From the NCBI GenBank assembly GCA_020632535.1, contig JACKFJ010000005.1, positions 200 through 64,199 on the forward strand: a stretch of DNA of 64,000 nt, read 5' to 3'. The notes under the pieces are model-generated. The model ran no database searches, had not been told where the DNA came from, and saw only the letters and a list, made by a program, of their open reading frames with translations. This stretch comes from Candidatus Omnitrophota bacterium (lineage in GTDB: Bacteria; Omnitrophota; Gorgyraeia; Zapsychrales; JANLHA01). A program made the translations under genes and the position numbers. Every line of letters begins with the position of its first letter. Positions within the stretch are counted from its first letter, which is position 1. Of this stretch, positions 19,294 through 29,033 are shown piece by piece.

Positions 19294-20589
19294 ATGAAAC
19301 GCGTCATAAACCTAATCAAAAAGACTTACCAAATGGCTGGACCAAAGGAAAGCCAAGTAGTCTTGGACAATGTGGTTTCACTTTCGTGGCTGCAATTCAT
19401 CACATATATCTTGCCATTAGTGATCCTTCCATATCTTTTTCGGATTTTAGGACCGGAAAAATTTGGACTCATCGCCTTCGCGCTCGCATTCACACAGTAT
19501 TTTGTAATCATTACTGATTATGGATTCAACATTTCGGCGACAAAAGAAATCTCCCTGTTTAGAACAGATACAGCTAAAATCCGTAAAATCTTTTCGGCGG
19601 TCATGACGATTAAAATCGTCTTGGCTTTTCTTAACAATCTTCTCCTTTGCCTCATTATCTCGTCTGTTGCGAAATTTAAAACAGATTGGTTAATATACAT
19701 TTTTAGTTTTGGCGCCGTGGCCGGTATCACATTATTCCCAAGCTGGTTTTTCCAAGGCATGGAAAAAATGAAATATATCGCCAATCTCAATATTGTTGGA
19801 GAAGTAGTTTATGCCCTAACCATCTTTTATTTTATTCGTGAACAGGAAGATTATTTAATGGTACCGGTCATCACATCTTGTGTTTTTTTAACAACAGGGT
19901 TGTTGGGGCAGTATATCGTCTTTCGAAAATTCGAGATAAGATACGAATTCCCTTCTTTTCATGAAATCATCAAACAACTGCAGGCGGGATGGAACATTTT
20001 TATTTCTGTAGTCGCGATCAATGCTTACACCAACACGCGTATATTTGCCGTCGGGCTTATGACCAACAATACCTTAACGGGCTATTACTCCATTGCAGAA
20101 AAAATCGCGAATGTCGTACAAACCTTTCCACTTTCATCATTTTCACAAGCTATCTTTCCTCGCCTGAGTAAAATATTCCAAAAAAGTAAAGATCGTGCTT
20201 TTGCCATCATGGAACAAATCCAACATATTACTGTTATTGTCGCCTTAATTTGCCTACCTTTAACTTTTATTTTTGTACCGAAAATCGTCGAAATAGTCTG
20301 CGGAGGGATTTATCCTGAAACCGTATTGTCCCTGCGATTGCTTTTAGTCTCAGTGTTCTTTATCAGCGCCAATGCTTTTCGTGTGCAATTTCTTTTGGTT
20401 TCAAATAAAACACATATTTACTCTCAAATCCACATCACAATGGCATTGATCGGCTTGCCGCTTATTTTACTGCTCATTGCATATCTCAATTATGTCGGCG
20501 CCGCTTTAGCGACGGTATTTATCGAAGCAGGGATTTTTACAATGACGTACTTAACCGTCAGTAAACTTCGTCGTTTAAAAGAATTCTAA
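19294..20589 (+). CDS. oligosaccharide/polysaccharide flippase (MOP/Wzx-like)
   Basis: 431 aa with about 12-14 TM helices. The N-terminal pattern is typical of polysaccharide biosynthesis (Wzx) proteins. Confidence 0.75.
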   Translation: MKRVINLIKKTYQMAGPKESQVVLDNVVSLSWLQFITYILPLVILPYLFRILGPEKFGLIAFALAFTQYFVIITDYGFNISATKEISLFRTDTAKIRKIFSAVMTIKIVLAFLNNLLLCLIISSVAKFKTDWLIYIFSFGAVAGITLFPSWFFQGMEKMKYIANLNIVGEVVYALTIFYFIREQEDYLMVPVITSCVFLTTGLLGQYIVFRKFEIRYEFPSFHEIIKQLQAGWNIFISVVAINAYTNTRIFAVGLMTNNTLTGYYSIAEKIANVVQTFPLSSFSQAIFPRLSKIFQKSKDRAFAIMEQIQHITVIVALICLPLTFIFVPKIVEIVCGGIYPETVLSLRLLLVSVFFISANAFRVQFLLVSNKTHIYSQIHITMALIGLPLILLLIAYLNYVGAALATVFIEAGIFTMTYLTVSKLRRLKEF

Positions 20590-20593
20590 ATTA

Positions 20594-22933
20594 TTATATT
20601 CTCAAATTTCTTAACCTTAATGAATTGCCAATCACAGAAACCGAGCTAAACGCCATAGCCGACCCAGCAATAATTGGGCTTAAGAGAATTCCGAAAAACG
20701 GATATAGAATTCCAGCCGCAATTGGCACACCCAAAGCATTATAAATAAACGCGAAGAAAAGATTCTGACGAATATTTAACATGACAGAATGGCTCAAAGT
20801 CAACGTTTTGACGATTCCACTTAGATCTCCTTTAACCAAAGTCATTCCCGCGCTTTCGATGGCGACATCCGTCCCTGTTCCCATGGCAATACCCACTTGA
20901 GCTTCTGCCAGCGCTGGAGCATCATTGATCCCATCTCCCGCCATCATGACTAAAGCACCTTGCTGCTTAAACTCTTTAACAATTTTCTGCTTATCCTGCG
21001 GGTCCAATTCTGCTCTAACATCATCAATATTCAACTCTTTGGCGATGGCCTGTGCGGTTTTCTTATTGTCACCAGTAAGCATAATGACCTTGCATCCTTT
21101 CTTATGCAAAGCCTCGATCGCTTGAGCAGTTGTTTTTTTAATAGGATCTGAAATCCCTAAAATTCCGATAACACTTTTCTCTACCGCTACCCAAACGACT
21201 GTTTGAGCTTTCCGCTGTAATTCAATAGATTTGTTTTGTAAATTCTCTGGTAAACTGCCGCTGATCTCCTCAATGAACTTGCCTTTACCCAAACTGATCA
21301 TCTTTCCATTGAGCTTGCCCTTAACACCACCTCCAGTTACAGATTCAAAATCCACAACATTGATCAGCGCGATGCTCTGCTCTTTTGCATAATCAATAAC
21401 CGCCCGAGCTAGTGGATGTTCGCTGAATTGTTCTAATGATCCAGCCGTCATCAATAACTCTTTTTCATTAATCCCTTGAGCTGGAATAACAGTAGTAACC
21501 CGTGGCTTTCCTTCAGTGAGCGTTCCGGTTTTATCAATAAACACATGCGTAATTTTCTCTGCCCTTTCAATAGCTTCCGCGTTCTTAATCAATATTCCAG
21601 ATTGAGCCCCCCGTCCAACACCTACCATAATCGACATTGGCGTAGCCAGCCCTAATGCACAAGGGCAGGCGATAATCAAAACAGCAATGGCATTGACAAT
21701 GGCATAGGCAATTGATGGTTGCGGTCCCCAAAAAAACCAAACTATGAAAGTCACAATCGAAATCAAAATAACTGCTGGCACAAAGTATCCAGCGACCTTG
21801 TCGGCTAATCCTTGTATCGGCGCTCGACTGCGCTGAGCCTCAGAGACCATATGAACGATTTGGGACAACAATGTTTCAGAGCCAATCTTCTCTGTTCTCA
21901 TTACAAAAGTTCCTGTCTGATTAACAGTAGCTCCAATAACTTTATCACCAACTCGCTTTTCGACTGGAACAGGCTCTCCTGAAATCATTGATTCGTCAAT
22001 CGTGCTTTTCCCTTCTGTAATTATTCCATCAAGAGGGACTTTCTCTCCCGGACGCACTCGCAGCAAATCGCCTTTTTGAATTTGATTAACTGGGACATTT
22101 TCTTCCTTGCCATTTTTAATGTGATGCGCGCTCTTTGCCGCCAGTCCCAATAAAGCTTTAATAGCCTGCCCAGTTTGCGCCCGCGCTTTGGCTTCAAGAT
22201 ATTGTCCAAGAATAACTAAAACAGTGATACCGACAGCCGCTTCAAAATACAGACTTGGCATTCCGTTCATTGTAAATGAAGAAGGAAACAGGTGGGGGAA
22301 CAAAACAGCTACCAAACTATAAAAGTAAGCCGATCCAACACCCATTGCAATCAGTGTAAACATATTAAGACTGCGATGAACAATCGACTTCCACGCTTTT
22401 GTAAAAAAGAACCCGCCCGCCCAGAAAATAACAGGTGTAGCTAATATTAACTGCGCCCAGACGGAAAAATCGTGAGTTATAAACTCAAATTTTAACCCCG
22501 GAATCATTTCTTCCAACGCTAAAAAAACAACCGGTAAACCGAAGGACAAACTTCCCCAAAATTTTCGCCCTAATGCCTTGATCTCATTTCCTTCAGTATT
22601 ATCCTCCAAGCTGACATTCTTAGGCTCTAAAGCCATCCCACATTTTGGGCAATCCCCGGGCTGATCCTGCTCAATTTCAGGATGCATTGGGCAAGTATAA
22701 CCACTCTTTGACGAAACGACTTTCTTCTCTTCCTGTTTTTTTGCTCCTGTTGAACAACAATGATGCAAACCACTTCCAGAATTTTTCTGATCTGACTTTA
22801 AAATTGATTCCTTTTGATTTAAGAATTTATCTTGGCAGCGTTGACTACAAAAATAAACATCTTTGCCTTCATGATACACATGCAAAGCACTTTTTTCGTC
22901 CACATTCATTCCACAAATTGGATCTTTAACCAT
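20594..22933 (-). CDS. copA: copper-translocating P1B-type ATPase
   Basis: CPC motif ([13 protein letters not shown]), DKTGTLT, SEHPLA, TGDN and [10 protein letters not shown]. The N-terminus has a TRASH/YHS-like [20 protein letters not shown] and [14 protein letters not shown]. Strong SD AAGGAGAAGGG. Confidence 0.95.
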   Translation of the reverse strand: MVKDPICGMNVDEKSALHVYHEGKDVYFCSQRCQDKFLNQKESILKSDQKNSGSGLHHCCSTGAKKQEEKKVVSSKSGYTCPMHPEIEQDQPGDCPKCGMALEPKNVSLEDNTEGNEIKALGRKFWGSLSFGLPVVFLALEEMIPGLKFEFITHDFSVWAQLILATPVIFWAGGFFFTKAWKSIVHRSLNMFTLIAMGVGSAYFYSLVAVLFPHLFPSSFTMNGMPSLYFEAAVGITVLVILGQYLEAKARAQTGQAIKALLGLAAKSAHHIKNGKEENVPVNQIQKGDLLRVRPGEKVPLDGIITEGKSTIDESMISGEPVPVEKRVGDKVIGATVNQTGTFVMRTEKIGSETLLSQIVHMVSEAQRSRAPIQGLADKVAGYFVPAVILISIVTFIVWFFWGPQPSIAYAIVNAIAVLIIACPCALGLATPMSIMVGVGRGAQSGILIKNAEAIERAEKITHVFIDKTGTLTEGKPRVTTVIPAQGINEKELLMTAGSLEQFSEHPLARAVIDYAKEQSIALINVVDFESVTGGGVKGKLNGKMISLGKGKFIEEISGSLPENLQNKSIELQRKAQTVVWVAVEKSVIGILGISDPIKKTTAQAIEALHKKGCKVIMLTGDNKKTAQAIAKELNIDDVRAELDPQDKQKIVKEFKQQGALVMMAGDGINDAPALAEAQVGIAMGTGTDVAIESAGMTLVKGDLSGIVKTLTLSHSVMLNIRQNLFFAFIYNALGVPIAAGILYPFFGILLSPIIAGSAMAFSSVSVIGNSLRLRNLRI

Positions 22934-22997
22934 CCCTTCTCCTTTGCTTTTTATATTATACGATTTTTTATACTTAACCCAATCAACCGAATAATAT

Positions 22998-23013
22998 GTA
23001 TATACACATATTA
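22998..23013. promoter_or_regulatory. candidate MarR operator box 1 (GTATATACACATATTA)
   Basis: 16-bp sequence identical to 23518..23533, containing the palindrome GTATATAC. It lies 12 bp after the marR stop and about 40 bp upstream of a TATAAT (22960..22955) that precedes copA. Confidence 0.4.
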
Positions 23014-23024
23014 GTTAAAAAAAT

Positions 23025-23483
23025 TTACCTCTTTTGCATCACATTTAGAATCCCATTCAAATCTGTAATAAAATCAGCCATACGCTTTACTCCCACTGCT
23101 TTAAGGACTTCTTGATGTTTCTCTTGCCAAATGCGCGATGCTTTTTGTAAAATCTTCCCACCCTTTTCAGTTAACATGATGGCTTTTTCCCTGCGATCCG
23201 CACAATCACAAGGTTTGATTAAACCATCTTTCTTTAAGGGAAGCAAATTTCGACTGACCGTTGTACGATCCGTAGACACCGCCTCTGCTAACTCATTAAT
23301 ATTAGCAGAATGCAATTCTTGAATATTTGACAAAATCATGATTTGGCTTGGTGTATATCCAAGACTTCGAAGAGCCTCATCGTAGATCTGTGTTATCATT
23401 CGTGAAGCTTTTCGAATATTAAAACACAAACACTGATTGTCCTCGACCAACCTTTTTATTTTATCCTTTTTGTCATACAACAT
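23025..23483 (-). CDS. MarR family transcriptional regulator
   Basis: Winged-HTH region (ILSNIQELHSANINELAEAVSTDRTTVSRNLLPLKKDGLI). ATG at 23483 is preferred because of the AAGGTGG SD. The longest ORF starts at GTG 23510. Confidence 0.85.
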   Translation of the reverse strand: MLYDKKDKIKRLVEDNQCLCFNIRKASRMITQIYDEALRSLGYTPSQIMILSNIQELHSANINELAEAVSTDRTTVSRNLLPLKKDGLIKPCDCADRREKAIMLTEKGGKILQKASRIWQEKHQEVLKAVGVKRMADFITDLNGILNVMQKR

Positions 23484-23516
23484 ATTTACCACCTTTCTTA
23501 ACATCAACACAATAAG

Positions 23517-23545
23517 AGTATATACACATATTATGCCGATGTCAA
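23517..23545 (-). promoter_or_regulatory. marR promoter overlapped by operator box 2
   Basis: Minus strand reads TTGACA (23545..23540), a 17-nt spacer, then TATACT (23522..23517). The 16-bp box (23518..23533) covers the spacer and the -10. Confidence 0.55.
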
Positions 23546-23570
23546 GAATTTCTTGTTACGATTCTTAAAT

Positions 23571-24824
23571 CTAATTTGTTGCCTTTTTAACGACGACATC
23601 GGCAACCGTTCCTTTTGGATGTGGGTAGTCGCCGGGTTGATCGTAATCTTTCAAATGATCTCGAACCATAAGTACCGTAAACATCCCTCCCATACCCACT
23701 GGGCCAAACTGTCCTTCTCCACCCATCATAGCAAGCGTATTTTCCGGCCCCTTCATTTTCATATAATTCATTTCATCCATACCATGTTCGCCCATTGCCA
23801 TGTATCCGGGAACCAGATCACGGACTTTGTCTTTGACATCATCCTGATTAACACCCAAAACATTGGCGGCATCATGACCCATCGCATTCATAGGATGATG
23901 ACGGCGATGACAATGCAGCGCCCAGTCACCTGCGACATCAGCAACAAATTCAATATCACGCGTCTGTCCCGGAGCAACTAGTACAGTTGTTTCGGGCCAT
24001 TGAGCAGAAGCAGGAATCTGCCCTCCATCAGTCGCAACAACTTTAAAACTATATCCATGCAAATGAATCGGATGTGACTCCTGAGCCACATTACCAATTC
24101 TAATCCGCACGCGTTCTCCAGACTTGACAACCAAAGGAGCGGTTCCAGGAAAAGCTCTACTATTAAACGTAAAAATATTAAAATCCGTCATAATGCTTGG
24201 ATTAGGGGTTTTTGTTCCCGGCTCAACAAACCATTCATTTAAAAATAGAGCAAAATCACGATCAATTTTGGGATCTACCGGATTTTTAGGATGAGAAATT
24301 AGAAATCCCATTGTTCCCAAACCCATTTGCACCATTTCATCACCATGTGAATGATACATAAACGTTCCGTGCTGTTTCATACGAAATTCATACTTAAACG
24401 TTTGACCCGGCTCAATAGATTTTTGCGTTAAGCCCGAAACCCCATCCATTCCACTTGGGAGAAATACTCCATGCCAATGAACTGCAGTCCCTTCCGGTAA
24501 TTCATTCTTCACATAAATTCGTAATAAATCTCCCTCGACAACTTCAATCGTCGGACCCGGAGTCTGCCCGTTATAGCACCAAGCATTAATAATCATCCCC
24601 GACGCAACTTCATGTTGACACGCTCCCACTGTTATTTGAAAGACTTTGGCTCCATCTTTATCCCGTGTCCACGGCATCGTGGAACCATTAGGCGTAATAA
24701 CCGGAGTATACGGCAATTTTTCAGTATATTTTTTCTGAACCTTGTCTTGTGCGTATACCGCAACACTAAAAACAAGACCTACTAAAATTAATATCATTAC
24801 AAAAATATTTTTCTTACTAAACAT
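23571..24824 (-). CDS. multicopper oxidase (CopA/PcoA/CueO-like)
   Basis: Copper-ligand motifs HWHG, HSHG, HPIHLHG and HCHRRHH, plus a Met-rich segment (GYMAMGEHGMDEMNYMKMKG..MMGG..GMGGM). Has a signal peptide. The SD GGAGGA lies inside the end of the TolC gene. Confidence 0.9.
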   Translation of the reverse strand: MFSKKNIFVMILILVGLVFSVAVYAQDKVQKKYTEKLPYTPVITPNGSTMPWTRDKDGAKVFQITVGACQHEVASGMIINAWCYNGQTPGPTIEVVEGDLLRIYVKNELPEGTAVHWHGVFLPSGMDGVSGLTQKSIEPGQTFKYEFRMKQHGTFMYHSHGDEMVQMGLGTMGFLISHPKNPVDPKIDRDFALFLNEWFVEPGTKTPNPSIMTDFNIFTFNSRAFPGTAPLVVKSGERVRIRIGNVAQESHPIHLHGYSFKVVATDGGQIPASAQWPETTVLVAPGQTRDIEFVADVAGDWALHCHRRHHPMNAMGHDAANVLGVNQDDVKDKVRDLVPGYMAMGEHGMDEMNYMKMKGPENTLAMMGGEGQFGPVGMGGMFTVLMVRDHLKDYDQPGDYPHPKGTVADVVVKKATN

Positions 24825-24826
24825 AT

Positions 24827-26230
24827 TTATCCTCCATGATGTTTGTGATTCATATCAATAGGTTGATGATCCTTTTTATTCAATGGCGTTATGACTAATT
24901 CATAATCCAGCTTAGTGCCCACTGCATTCTCAAGCTCAATACGTGAAATCCAATAATTCTTTAATGCGTCCACATACTCTTTCTTGGTTTCTAACTCAGC
25001 TTGCTTAGATTCAAGCAAATGGAAGACATCCGTCAGCATAAAATTATAATGATATAACGTTTCTTTGATCATTTGCTGATACAATGGCATTGCCTCCTGA
25101 TAAGCTTCCACTATTTGACGATTTGTCATCAAATTTAGATATCCTAGATGCACTGCAAGCAATACTTCCTGTTCCATAACATCTAATTGATGTTTCGCTG
25201 TTTCAATCGATGCTTTAATTCCCGCGCGCTGGGCTTGATTGCGATTAAACAAAGGTACTTGACCCTCAACGACAGCCCCTTTTAACGTATGGCCACTAGT
25301 TTCCTTTTCTTGGTTATAGCCTACTTCCAGATCCGGTAAAAAACCTGCAGCTGCCAAATTCTGCGACTGCTCTAAATGCTTGATTTCCTGCCGTTTCATC
25401 AATAAATCCAAACGGCGATCAAGAGCCTTTTTTTCGAGCTCCTCGACGACCAGATCTTCTTTAGGCAAATCCGGTATTTGTAACATTTCTTCCATAAAAA
25501 ACTGATTTACCGTTAACCCTAACATCGTCCTTAACCGCTCGGTAAACATTCGGGTTTCCTGCTTAGTTTTTAACTGTTCGATTTTTGCTTTCTGAAAAAT
25601 GGCTTGAGCCTCAGCCATGTTGAGGGTATTAATGTTCCCTGCCTCCTTCTGTCGGCGGGCAATTTCTAGGGAAGCTTCTTGAGCCTTAAAATGATCTGCT
25701 GCCAATGCCTGTTTATGCATAGCTGTCAGCCACTCTAAATATGATAATCGAACCTCTTTAATAAAATCAGTCATCTGATGTGCCGTTTCATACTGTGAGA
25801 CTTTAAATTGTGTCCCTGCTATCTTTTTACGCAACGGCCAAAACAAAATATCAAAAACATCCTGTTTAATTTCAAACTCCTTATTACGCTTAACCCCTCC
25901 TTCATTAGAGGTACGTGTTTTAAATGACAATGTGGGATTACGTAAAATACCAGCTTCACGCATATCTGCTTCAGAAACACCCAATGACGATAATTGCGCT
26001 TTAATTACAGAACTATTTAAAAACGCAATTGCCACTGCCGCATCTTCACTTAACGATTGCGATAATAAACTCTCAACATCTTGTTGATCGCCGGCAGCCT
26101 TTGCCTCATATCCAGTTTGTTCTTGTACCAAATTCTTAACTTTTGCTTGATTCTTCTGATCAGACGCCTGCGTAAGATCTGTCATTATTAAACCAGCCAA
26201 TAATATCAAAATTGTTATTTTCATTTTCAT
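24827..26230 (-). CDS. TolC-family outer-membrane efflux protein
   Basis: 467 aa with a signal peptide and two long coiled-coil/OEP-like repeats. It stops 2 nt before the MCO start codon. Confidence 0.8.
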   Translation of the reverse strand: MKMKITILILLAGLIMTDLTQASDQKNQAKVKNLVQEQTGYEAKAAGDQQDVESLLSQSLSEDAAVAIAFLNSSVIKAQLSSLGVSEADMREAGILRNPTLSFKTRTSNEGGVKRNKEFEIKQDVFDILFWPLRKKIAGTQFKVSQYETAHQMTDFIKEVRLSYLEWLTAMHKQALAADHFKAQEASLEIARRQKEAGNINTLNMAEAQAIFQKAKIEQLKTKQETRMFTERLRTMLGLTVNQFFMEEMLQIPDLPKEDLVVEELEKKALDRRLDLLMKRQEIKHLEQSQNLAAAGFLPDLEVGYNQEKETSGHTLKGAVVEGQVPLFNRNQAQRAGIKASIETAKHQLDVMEQEVLLAVHLGYLNLMTNRQIVEAYQEAMPLYQQMIKETLYHYNFMLTDVFHLLESKQAELETKKEYVDALKNYWISRIELENAVGTKLDYELVITPLNKKDHQPIDMNHKHHGG

Positions 26231-26354
26231 ATCCTTTGCTTTTCCTCTGCAACTTTGTCCTATTAAAGTTGAACAAAAAAACCTAGAAATTCTAATCAGC
26301 CAAAATCAAACACCTCTGGCCTTTCAGATCTAAGGTCAATTGATCAAATTTGAT

Positions 26355-26777
26355 CTAAAGTCTGAGATTTGAAAATTTTAAATAGATAGGAATTGCTGCA
26401 TGCTGTAAGTAGTCTCGCAAAGGAGGCCCCTGCGATTGATTTACTAATGAAGCGATAAGAAGCGTATTATTGGAACGCAAGTCAGCAAGGAAATCCTTGG
26501 CTAACATTTGCCGAAAAGTCGAGACAAAAATTATGTCGGTAGATTGTGCGGATAGAAAACTAAAATGTTTTGCGCAAGAACAGTCTTTATCACCGTTAGA
26601 GTGTTGATGTGTAGAATGTTGGGTTTCACCTACGTCCTGATGATGATGTTCTATTACGACACCTTCATCCGCGAAAGAACCTCTCTCCAAACAACAACAA
26701 AAAGTGATTACAAAGAAAAGCGGAATAAGCAAAGATGAACTGATAATTCTTTTATATATTCGTCGCATTAACAGCAA
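26355..26777 (-). CDS. His/Cys-rich membrane-anchored small protein (putative metal binding)
   Basis: N-terminal TM with CCC, then EHHHQDVGETQHSTHQHSNGDKDCSC. Family not recognised. The start (TTG 26777 or ATG 26768) is uncertain and has no SD. Confidence 0.45.
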   Translation of the reverse strand: MLLMRRIYKRIISSSLLIPLFFVITFCCCLERGSFADEGVVIEHHHQDVGETQHSTHQHSNGDKDCSCAKHFSFLSAQSTDIIFVSTFRQMLAKDFLADLRSNNTLLIASLVNQSQGPPLRDYLQHAAIPIYLKFSNLRL

Positions 26778-26909
26778 TTTTGCATAACTAAATTAATTAG
26801 TCAAGTGAAAATTCAAAACGAGCTCTTCAAGTTTCTTTAAAGGAGGACTTGAAAAACAAATAGATGCACCATATTCCTACTTATCGACACTGTTGCTCGC
26901 ACCTCATTT

Positions 26910-27593
26910 TTATACCATTTCTTTCCTTTTATCCTTTAGAAATTTTTGTAGCCAATAAACAAAAGCAAACAATAAGACTGCTAAGCCGACCTTCCAGATA
27001 TTCTTGGGATTTGTCAACACACTCATAAAGGACGATCCAAAATATACCAAAACAAATGAGCCCGGGACAATACCGATAAATGTCGCCCAGAAATAATCAC
27101 GAAACTTTACTTTTGTTAAACCAAGACCAAGATTTTGGATATCCCAAGGAAGATTTGGAATCAGACGGATCAGAAGCACTGTTACAAACCCACGCCTTTC
27201 AATAGCTTCATCAATATTGCCCATTTTTCCTTTAATTAATTTTTCAACAGCTCCGCGTGCCAAATACCGCGAAATCAAAAACTCTCCAACCGCTGACAAA
27301 TTGGCTGCGATCAATAAATAAATTAAACCTTTAACGCCCCAAATCACACCGGCGGATGCTGAAAGCAAAGCAGCTGGAAAAAAAATCAGCGGACGAAGAA
27401 TATAAAACACAATATAAATGACCGGACCCCAAATACCGAATCCTTCAATCGTTTCTTTAAACTTCTCCGGCGTGATGTTGGAAAAATCAATATGCAACGA
27501 TCGCACCAACATAAATATTGCGACGAGAACAACAATCCCTATTAACAATTTTAACAATGGATTTCTTTTCAAGGAAACACCTTTAAGATACAA
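26910..27593 (-). CDS. TVP38/TMEM64 (SNARE-associated, DedA-superfamily) membrane protein
   Basis: Polytopic protein. The RLIPNLPWDIQNLGLGLTKVKFRDYFWATFIGIVPGSF motif is typical of this family. Possible TTG start at 27572 with an AAAGGTG SD. Confidence 0.85.
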   Translation of the reverse strand: MYLKGVSLKRNPLLKLLIGIVVLVAIFMLVRSLHIDFSNITPEKFKETIEGFGIWGPVIYIVFYILRPLIFFPAALLSASAGVIWGVKGLIYLLIAANLSAVGEFLISRYLARGAVEKLIKGKMGNIDEAIERRGFVTVLLIRLIPNLPWDIQNLGLGLTKVKFRDYFWATFIGIVPGSFVLVYFGSSFMSVLTNPKNIWKVGLAVLLFAFVYWLQKFLKDKRKEMV

Positions 27594-27596
27594 AAT

Positions 27597-29018
27597 TTAT
27601 TTTATTAAATAGGTGGCAATCTTAACCAAAGGATTTTGTGCCGCCAGATAAATGCCACTGACTTTCTTGTTGATTTGTGCCAATGTGGGATAAACATGCA
27701 TTGCTTTTTCGATTTTTCCAATATCAATCTTCGCGTTAATCACCGCGACCCATTCATGAATCAATTCACCGGCGTGAAGACCAACAATTTGCGCTCCAAT
27801 AAGTCGCCTTTTTGCGTCTGTTAATATTTTAACAAATCCATTTGTTGCACTCTCGGCCAATGCTCTATCCAGATAAGCAAAATCATATTTATAGACTTTA
27901 TATTCTATCCCAGCTTTCTTGGCCATCATTTCATTGAGCCCAACGGAGGCGACTTCCGGATCCGTAAATGTACACCATGGAACATTGGAGTAATCGGTTT
28001 TTAAAATTGGGAATGGCAGTTTGGCATTTAATGCCGCAATTCGCGCATCATATTCAGCGACATGCGTAAATAAAAATCCGCCCTTACAATCTCCACACGC
28101 ATAGATATTCTTAGCTGTTGTCTGCAAGTACCGATTAACTTGAATTCCCTGCGGCGCATACTCCACACCCGCTTTTTCTAAATCCAAGCCACCGACACCC
28201 GGCTGTCGACCCGTAGCTACCAAAAGGGTTTCAGCTTCTATGCTTTTTGCTGTGCCATCATAATCAACGGTAAGTTTGATCGAATCGCCAACCTTTTCCA
28301 CTTTTTGAGCTTTAGCCTTGGTCAAGAATTCAATTCCTTCTTTTGCAAGAAGATCATGAATATAACGTGAAACATCCAAATCTTCTTTTGGCATAATACA
28401 ATCCGCGGACTCAACAACAGTAACTTTTGACCCCAAACGCGAGAAAGATTGTGCCATTTCGATACCAATTGGACCGCCACCCAAGACAATTAAAGACGCA
28501 GGCAATTTATTAAGTGAGAATATTTCAACATTGGTAACATAAGAAACATCTTTTAATCCTTCAATCGGTAGGATACGAGCAGAAGACCCTGTCGCTAAAA
28601 TAAACGTTTTACTGGTGATCTTTATTCCGCTTAACACAATCGTGTGATGATCTAAAAACTTTGGTGATCCAAATTTTGTGTCGATATTGTATTGCTTTTT
28701 AAAAGTCTCGGGAGAATCATGCTTTTGTATTCCTCCGATAATACTTTGAATACGATCCCTCACTTTAGAAAAATCAACCGGCGCAATATTTACTTTAGGC
28801 AGACCATATTGTTCTGCCTGCTTTATTAAATGATAAACGTGCGCACTTTTAATCAGTGATTTTGAGGGCACGCAACCAAAGTGGAGACAATCACCTCCTA
28901 ATTTTTCTTCCTTCTCGACAATCAAAGTTTTGGAACCAAGTTGTGCTGACCATATGGAAGATGTCAAACCGGCCGCTCCTGCACCGATCACAATGACATC
29001 GTATTGAAAATCCGCCAT
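27597..29018 (-). CDS. FAD-dependent pyridine nucleotide-disulfide oxidoreductase (dihydrolipoyl dehydrogenase / MerA-like)
   Basis: YDVIVIGAGAAG, redox CxxxxC (GGDCLHFGCVPSK), second Rossmann LIVLGGGPIGIEMAQ and C-terminal HVYPTLAQ. No C-terminal Cys pair. The longest ORF begins at GTG 29033. Confidence 0.9.
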   Translation of the reverse strand: MADFQYDVIVIGAGAAGLTSSIWSAQLGSKTLIVEKEEKLGGDCLHFGCVPSKSLIKSAHVYHLIKQAEQYGLPKVNIAPVDFSKVRDRIQSIIGGIQKHDSPETFKKQYNIDTKFGSPKFLDHHTIVLSGIKITSKTFILATGSSARILPIEGLKDVSYVTNVEIFSLNKLPASLIVLGGGPIGIEMAQSFSRLGSKVTVVESADCIMPKEDLDVSRYIHDLLAKEGIEFLTKAKAQKVEKVGDSIKLTVDYDGTAKSIEAETLLVATGRQPGVGGLDLEKAGVEYAPQGIQVNRYLQTTAKNIYACGDCKGGFLFTHVAEYDARIAALNAKLPFPILKTDYSNVPWCTFTDPEVASVGLNEMMAKKAGIEYKVYKYDFAYLDRALAESATNGFVKILTDAKRRLIGAQIVGLHAGELIHEWVAVINAKIDIGKIEKAMHVYPTLAQINKKVSGIYLAAQNPLVKIATYLIK

Positions 29019-29033
29019 AATCCAACCTTTCAC

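Noticed and set aside
22991-23013. Tested whether the box near copA is a CopY-type cop box.
   Set aside because: The cop box consensus is TACAnnTGTA. Here the sequence is TGTATATACA, with the half-sites in the opposite arrangement, and no CopY gene is present. The adjacent MarR is the more economical candidate.
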